From: a virus
DNA: 37,549 nucleotides
Virus record (IMG/VR): IMGVR_UViG_3300029500_000006
Coordinates: 1 to 37,549 of that record
Strand: one strand, 5' to 3'
The notes beneath the pieces are model-generated. The model made no database searches. It saw only the letters and a list, made by a program, of their open reading frames with translations, and was not told the origin of the DNA. Shown here piece by piece: positions 34,494 to 37,549 of this stretch (the stretch's first letter is position 1; each line of letters begins with the position of its first letter). Position numbers and translations under genes: made by a program.

Positions 34494-34709
34494 ATGGTAA
34501 AAAAAGTATCTGATTATCCCGAATTTGAAAAATATAAAAATTTACTTGAGAAAATAAATAGTGAAAGAGTTTTTTCAATACAGAATAAAAACAATGAATT
34601 TTGGCTAGTGGAAGAATGTGATGAATATTTTTTTCATGAACTTACAAAACAAGATTGTTTAGAATTATCAGAGTTATTTGCTGAAATTGCAAAACTCATA
34701 AAAGAATAA
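34494..34709 (+). CDS. Hypothetical 71-aa acidic protein (AT-rich cassette, gene 2)
   Basis: RBS gggag, starting 9 nt after gene 1. Confidence 0.6.
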   Translation: MVKKVSDYPEFEKYKNLLEKINSERVFSIQNKNNEFWLVEECDEYFFHELTKQDCLELSELFAEIAKLIKE

Positions 34710-34727
34710 GTAGCAAACATTGACTAG

Positions 34728-34756
34728 GGCAGCAGGATTTACCTGCTGTCTTTTTA
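34728..34756 (+). terminator. Intrinsic terminator ending the cassette
   Basis: Stem GGCAGCAGG / CCTGCTGTC with loop attta, then ttttt. Confidence 0.75.
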
Positions 34757-34788
34757 TTATACAAAAAAAATAACCGGAGGAGAGGACT

Positions 34789-35844
34789 ATGGCAGGAAGC
34801 AGGTTGATCACAATTTCAAAAGCAGAACTGAGTCCGAACCCGGTCCAGGCAGGAAAAAGTTATGTAATCCGCGTTACGCTGGAAAAGAAAGCGTATTGGC
34901 TGGATTATCCATATGATTATGCACACGATTATGCGAAAGGAGACGAAAGTATGAGTGTAAAAACAGTACAGGCGGTCATTAATGGCCAGACTTATACGCT
35001 TACAAAAAACACCAGCACAGGCAAGTACGAAGCAACCATTACAGCTCCGTCAAAATCCAGTTATACCTTATCCGGACATTATTATCCGGTAACGGTAAAA
35101 GCAACCGATGATGCTGGAAACGTAACCACAAAAGATGCAACAGACAGCACATTGGGTGCAAGCCTGAGATTGCAGGTAAAAGAGAAAGTTGTTCCTGTGA
35201 TCACAATCACCGCACCGACTGCAAGCCAGTATCTTGCAAACAGCACACCTGCCATTGCATGGAAGATCACAGATGATGATTCCGGAGTTAATCCGTCTAC
35301 AATCGCTCTGAAAGTTGACGGTACTGCGGTAGATGCATCCAAGATCACAAAGACTGCAGTGACAGGCGGCTACACTTGCAGCTACACACCAACATCAGCT
35401 CTGTCAGATGGAGCACATACCGTTGTGGCAACTGCGAGTGACTACGATGGAAATGCAGCTGCGCAGAAATCCGTAACATTTACTGTTGATACGATTCCTC
35501 CGACATTGTCTATCTCTGCACCGGCCGAAGGATTTATTACAAATAAATCTACTGTAACGGTTAAAGGTACCACAGACGATGCAACCAGCAAGCCGGTTAC
35601 ACTTACTGTAAACGGAGACCACATCCCCGTTACTAATAGTGGAACCTTCAGCAAAGATGTAACGCTGAAAGAGGGCAGCAATACCATCACCATTGTCGCA
35701 AAAGACAAAGCAGGAAAGACAACAACCGTAACCAGAACAGTGAAACTGGATACTGCACCTCCGGTTATCAAATCTGCAACTATCACACCGAACCCGGTTG
35801 ATTGTGGTAAGACATTCGTTATCTCTGTAGAGGTAACAGACTAA
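34789..35844 (+). CDS. Ig-like / beta-sandwich repeat protein
   Basis: 351 aa, T/V/A/K-rich, with repeated modules (TVKATDDAGN, VVATASDYDGN, TIVAKDKAGK). RBS ggaggag. An internal SD plus ATG lies at 34951. Confidence 0.75.
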   Translation: MAGSRLITISKAELSPNPVQAGKSYVIRVTLEKKAYWLDYPYDYAHDYAKGDESMSVKTVQAVINGQTYTLTKNTSTGKYEATITAPSKSSYTLSGHYYPVTVKATDDAGNVTTKDATDSTLGASLRLQVKEKVVPVITITAPTASQYLANSTPAIAWKITDDDSGVNPSTIALKVDGTAVDASKITKTAVTGGYTCSYTPTSALSDGAHTVVATASDYDGNAAAQKSVTFTVDTIPPTLSISAPAEGFITNKSTVTVKGTTDDATSKPVTLTVNGDHIPVTNSGTFSKDVTLKEGSNTITIVAKDKAGKTTTVTRTVKLDTAPPVIKSATITPNPVDCGKTFVISVEVTD

Positions 35845-36242
35845 TGACCACGCAGGTATGGGGCTTGCTTGGCAGCAGTAAGATCATCTTCGACCGAACA
35901 GATGGAAATATCTGGAAGGTGACAGTCCCATTTTTAGAGAGCGGCGAGTATATCGTCGCTCTTTATGCGTTGGATGATGCAGGAAATCAGGCTTATGTTG
36001 CGACTATTTTGTATGTGGTTGACATTGAGAACATCCAATATGAAATTCGGATGCTGGATTACGCATCAGAAGCACAGACGACTGGTTTTACGATTGAAGC
36101 ACAGATGGCAGATTTTACAATTGAAGCACAGACGACTGGTTTTACAATTGAAGCACAGCTGCAGAAGTATTCGATTGAGCAGGAAAGGCTGGAAAGGAGG
36201 GCGGCTTATTTTGCAGAAAACACAGACGCTGCGAATGTATAA
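35844..36242 (+). CDS. Beta-sandwich fragment protein with 9-aa tandem repeats
   Basis: TAATG coupling to the preceding gene. The N-terminus contains IVALYALDDAGN, like the upstream modules. It carries EAQTTGFTI repeats. Confidence 0.65.
   Translation: MTTQVWGLLGSSKIIFDRTDGNIWKVTVPFLESGEYIVALYALDDAGNQAYVATILYVVDIENIQYEIRMLDYASEAQTTGFTIEAQMADFTIEAQTTGFTIEAQLQKYSIEQERLERRAAYFAENTDAANV
36069..36176 (+). repeat. Four tandem copies of a 27-bp repeat (coding, in frame)
   Basis: The unit gaagcacagacgactggttttacgatt and its variants start at 36069, 36096, 36123 and 36150. Confidence 0.9.
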
Positions 36243-36498
36243 AGGTGAGAAACGAAAATTGTATGTGACAGTGACTTCATGTGATAAGTTACCCTTTCAG
36301 ATTACAGATGCGCAGTATGAATTCTGGAATTGCGATATGGATATGTGTGAGGCAGAAGGTACCTGTGATGTGGATGGTCATGTGCTTAGAATTTCAGTTT
36401 GCCCGGCGAGACCCGGCATATATAAAGTTATATATTTTTTGAAAATTGCGGATGAAACTGTAATCTGTAGGGCGATGATAAACGTGAGTGAAGCATAG
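36211..36498 (+). CDS. Small beta-rich protein, about 95 aa
   Basis: TTG 36211 lies 10 nt after AAGGAGG (ATG 36235 is an alternative start). This is the 3' part of track ORF 35965-36498; the upstream part overlaps 35844-36242. Confidence 0.55.
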   Translation: MQKTQTLRMYKGEKRKLYVTVTSCDKLPFQITDAQYEFWNCDMDMCEAEGTCDVDGHVLRISVCPARPGIYKVIYFLKIADETVICRAMINVSEA

Positions 36499-36512
36499 AT
36501 AGAGATAGGAAG

Positions 36513-36968
36513 GTGAGACTGGTGGCATTGACTGAAAAACAGAAAAGGTTTTGTGATGAGTATCTGATTGATTTGAATGCCACACAGGCAGCTATCAGGG
36601 CAGGATACTCAAAGAAAACGGCGTCCGTTATTGGTATTGAAAACTTAAGAAAACCTAATATTAGTGAATATATAGAAAAACGAATGGCTGAAAAAGAAGC
36701 ACAACTCATTGCCGATCAGGATGAAGTCCTGAAATATCTCACTTCCGTTCTACGTGGTGAGAGCCAATCGACAGAAATTGTGGTGGAAGGAACAGGCGAT
36801 GGCTGTTCAGAAGCCAGAGCAATCGAGAAGAAACCATCTGAAAAGGACCGGTTAAAGGCGGCAGAGCTGCTTGGTAAGAGATATGGTTTATATACAGAGA
36901 AAATCGAAACAGACGTTGACATGGAACTCAACATCAATATTGATTATGGAGAGGATGATTCCGGATGA
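36513..36968 (+). CDS. terS: Terminase small subunit
   Basis: LTEKQKRFCDEYLIDLNATQAAIRAGYSKKTA is typical of the Terminase_2 N-terminus. GTG 36522 is an alternative start. ATGA overlap with terL. Confidence 0.88.
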   Translation: MRLVALTEKQKRFCDEYLIDLNATQAAIRAGYSKKTASVIGIENLRKPNISEYIEKRMAEKEAQLIADQDEVLKYLTSVLRGESQSTEIVVEGTGDGCSEARAIEKKPSEKDRLKAAELLGKRYGLYTEKIETDVDMELNINIDYGEDDSG

Positions 36969-37549
36969 ACATAAACGTCCAGATGAATCCCTGCTTCAAA
37001 GAAGTAGACCGAAGCAGAAAACGCTATATTGTCATGAAAGGATCTGCCGGATCAGGAAAGAGTGTTGACACGGCGCAGAATTATATCCTGCGGCTGATGA
37101 AAGACAAAGGCAGGAATCTGGTCTGCATCCGGAAATCAGACATTACAAACCGGGACAGCACATTTGCCGAGCTGACTGGTGCTGTGTACCGGATGTTTGG
37201 GGATAAGGCGGACCGGTACTGGCAGGTCAACATGTCACCGTTGAAATTGACCTGCCGGGCAAACGGCAATCAGATTATTTTCCGTGGCATGAATGATGAG
37301 AAGCAGCGTGAAAAACTGAAATCCATTACCTTCCAGCGTGGAAAACTGACGGATGTATGGTGTGAGGAAGCAACGGAGCTGACACAGGCAGATCTGGAGA
37401 TCATCGATGACCGTCTGCGTGGTGAACTTCCGGAAGGACAATTTTATCAGATCAGGCTGACCTTTAATCCGGTGAATAAAAACCACTGGATAAAAAAGGT
37501 CTTTTTTGATATTCCGGATCCGAATGTGCTGACACATCACAGCACCTAC
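36965..37549 (+). CDS. terL: Terminase large subunit, N-terminal part (runs off the window and continues at base 100 via the circular junction)
   Basis: Hand-translated MNINVQMNPCFKEV ... MKGSAGSGKS (Walker A) ... VWCEEATE (Walker B-like). There is no stop before the window end, and the frame is in phase with 1-783. Confidence 0.9.
   Translation, partial: MNINVQMNPCFKEVDRSRKRYIVMKGSAGSGKSVDTAQNYILRLMKDKGRNLVCIRKSDITNRDSTFAELTGAVYRMFGDKADRYWQVNMSPLKLTCRANGNQIIFRGMNDEKQREKLKSITFQRGKLTDVWCEEATELTQADLEIIDDRLRGELPEGQFYQIRLTFNPVNKNHWIKKVFFDIPDPNVLTHHSTY
37451..37549. repeat. Terminal overlap; identical to 1-99
   Basis: See the first feature. Confidence 0.95.

Noticed and set aside
36069-36176. 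Possible CRISPR-like array, because of regularly spaced 27-bp repeats.
   Set aside because: The repeats are directly tandem with no spacers, in frame within a CDS, and no cas genes are present.
35965-36210. 5' part of the 177-aa track ORF 35965-36498.
   Set aside because: It overlaps 35844-36242 in another frame, and its repeats simply mirror the 27-bp tandem repeat. Only the 3' part after the AAGGAGG RBS (36211 onward) was kept.
34789-36498. A diversity-generating retroelement target, because of repeated variable Ig-like modules.
   Set aside because: The window holds no reverse transcriptase gene and no template/variable repeat pair with adenine-specific differences.

Overview
The window is a complete, circularly closed temperate siphovirus-type phage genome of about 37.45 kb. 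Bases 1-99 repeat exactly at 37451-37549, and this junction rejoins the two halves of the large terminase gene in frame. Cell-wall-binding repeats in the lysin, PcfJ/PcfK-like genes and AGGAGG-type ribosome-binding sites suggest a Firmicutes/Clostridia host; that is inference only.

Gene order on the + strand:
- terS (36513-36968) and terL (36965-37549, continuing 1-783)
- portal, then a MuF/SPP1-gp7 head-morphogenesis protein with an extra C-terminal domain
- an AT-rich accessory insert (3.2-6.2 kb) holding small ORFs, a ribbon-helix-helix (RHH) protein and an antirepressor
- scaffold, major capsid, connector and tail-completion genes, and major tail protein
- tail chaperone with a -1 frameshift site, tape measure, Dit, Tal and receptor-binding protein
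- holin and an amidase endolysin

A minus-strand lysogeny block follows:
- tyrosine integrase
- a NYN-domain RNase cassette
- a lipoprotein and a PH-domain protein
- a CI/LexA-like S24 repressor

The + strand early region then runs:
- small hydrophobic peptides, a Cro-like HTH, an RHH protein and an Xis-like HTH
- an HUH rolling-circle Rep preceded by a 28-bp inverted repeat
- an RNase H-like protein, SSB and an HNH-type nuclease
- a PcfK-like/PcfJ-like pair and a sigma-like late regulator
- an autonomous AT-rich two-gene cassette
- three Ig-like beta-sandwich genes just upstream of terS

I found no rRNA, tRNA or CRISPR array. All family names come from motif recognition by eye; no database search was run.

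The stretches most worth follow-up are the self-contained accessory units:
- the NYN RNase, with a leader terminator and a convergent candidate sRNA
- the MuF-fused ART-like domain and the small ORF downstream of it
- an immI-like RHH-antirepressor unit inside the late operon
- an oppositely oriented membrane-protein gene in the early operon
- the 34.0-34.7 kb two-gene cassette
- the split beta-sandwich junctions in the Ig-like genes
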